From Octopus sinensis (lineage: Eukaryota), in assembly GCF_006345805.1 (NCBI RefSeq), contig NC_042998.1, positions 167,400,001-167,464,000 on the forward strand: 64,000 bases of DNA, written 5' to 3'. The notes below the pieces were generated by a model, which made no database searches, was not told the DNA's origin, and saw only the letters and a program-made list of their open reading frames with translations. This document shows positions 63,458-64,000 of the stretch, one piece after another (positions within the stretch are counted from its first letter, which is position 1; each line of letters opens with the position of its first letter). A program made the position numbers and the translations under genes.

Positions 63458-64000
63458 ATTAAGACAGAAACGGGTGCGCTGCCACAAAGGAAATACCTGA
63501 GGGAAATGCAGGAGGAGAGCGAGAGTGGACGACAGCAGGATAGAGATGGTGGCAAAATGCTGGGCAAACTCAGAAGAGACGGTGATCAGAATGCAAATGG
63601 GATGGTTGAGTAAAGGAAGAAAGAAATGTAGATGATGGCAAGTGCCAGAGCATACCCTTGAGGTTCGAATGCAATAATATAAGTGGCAGGATATTGCGAA
63701 GGAAGCGTAACTGAAGAGTGCGGAGAGGGGTAGTGAGTGGCGAAAACCTGGGTATATATAGAGTCGGGTGGGGGTTACAGGATAGCAATGATACAGAGGA
63801 ACAGGGCTGAGAGGACAGGATCGGGGAGCTAGGCATAGTGTATGAAAGATGAAATGTGAGGAAGAGAAGAGACGTAGATTGGTTTGTTGGATGTGTGTGT
63901 ATGTGTATAGTTAATTTTTAAAAAACAACGAAGAAAAAAGACAGCAAAAAAAAAACAACAACACGAGGACGTTGTACATGCAAAGTTTTAATGAGACGCT

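Noticed and set aside
63714-63765. CTGAAGA...GAAAA motif
   Set aside because: No stem I and poor stem II; purine-rich background.

Overview
AT-rich, microsatellite-saturated animal genomic DNA. From the tRNA-derived SINE families, which I recognise from memory, it is most likely a coleoid cephalopod (Octopus-like). I cannot support any intact host protein-coding gene; nearly all ORF-track entries are translations of simple repeats or transposon debris. The window is a mosaic of tRNA-derived SINEs, decayed R4/Dong-like and RTE LINE fragments, Penelope-like (PLE) RT-linker and GIY-YIG fragments, mariner, Tigger/pogo and hAT elements with their MITEs, Helitron-like pieces, a 100-N gap and probable assembly duplications. 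The most notable signal is roughly 15 type I hammerhead ribozyme (HHR) motifs (CUGAnGA...GAAA...NUH with pairable stems I-III), some near-canonical and some decayed. They fall into many unrelated small repeat families, and several sit in 0.3-1 kb non-coding elements built from inverted and/or direct partial copies. This is the architecture expected of non-autonomous Penelope-like elements or retrozymes. Ribozyme activity is untested and inferred from sequence only. A heavily decayed coding-like region (about 19-24 kb), including a possible death-domain-like remnant, remains unexplained.
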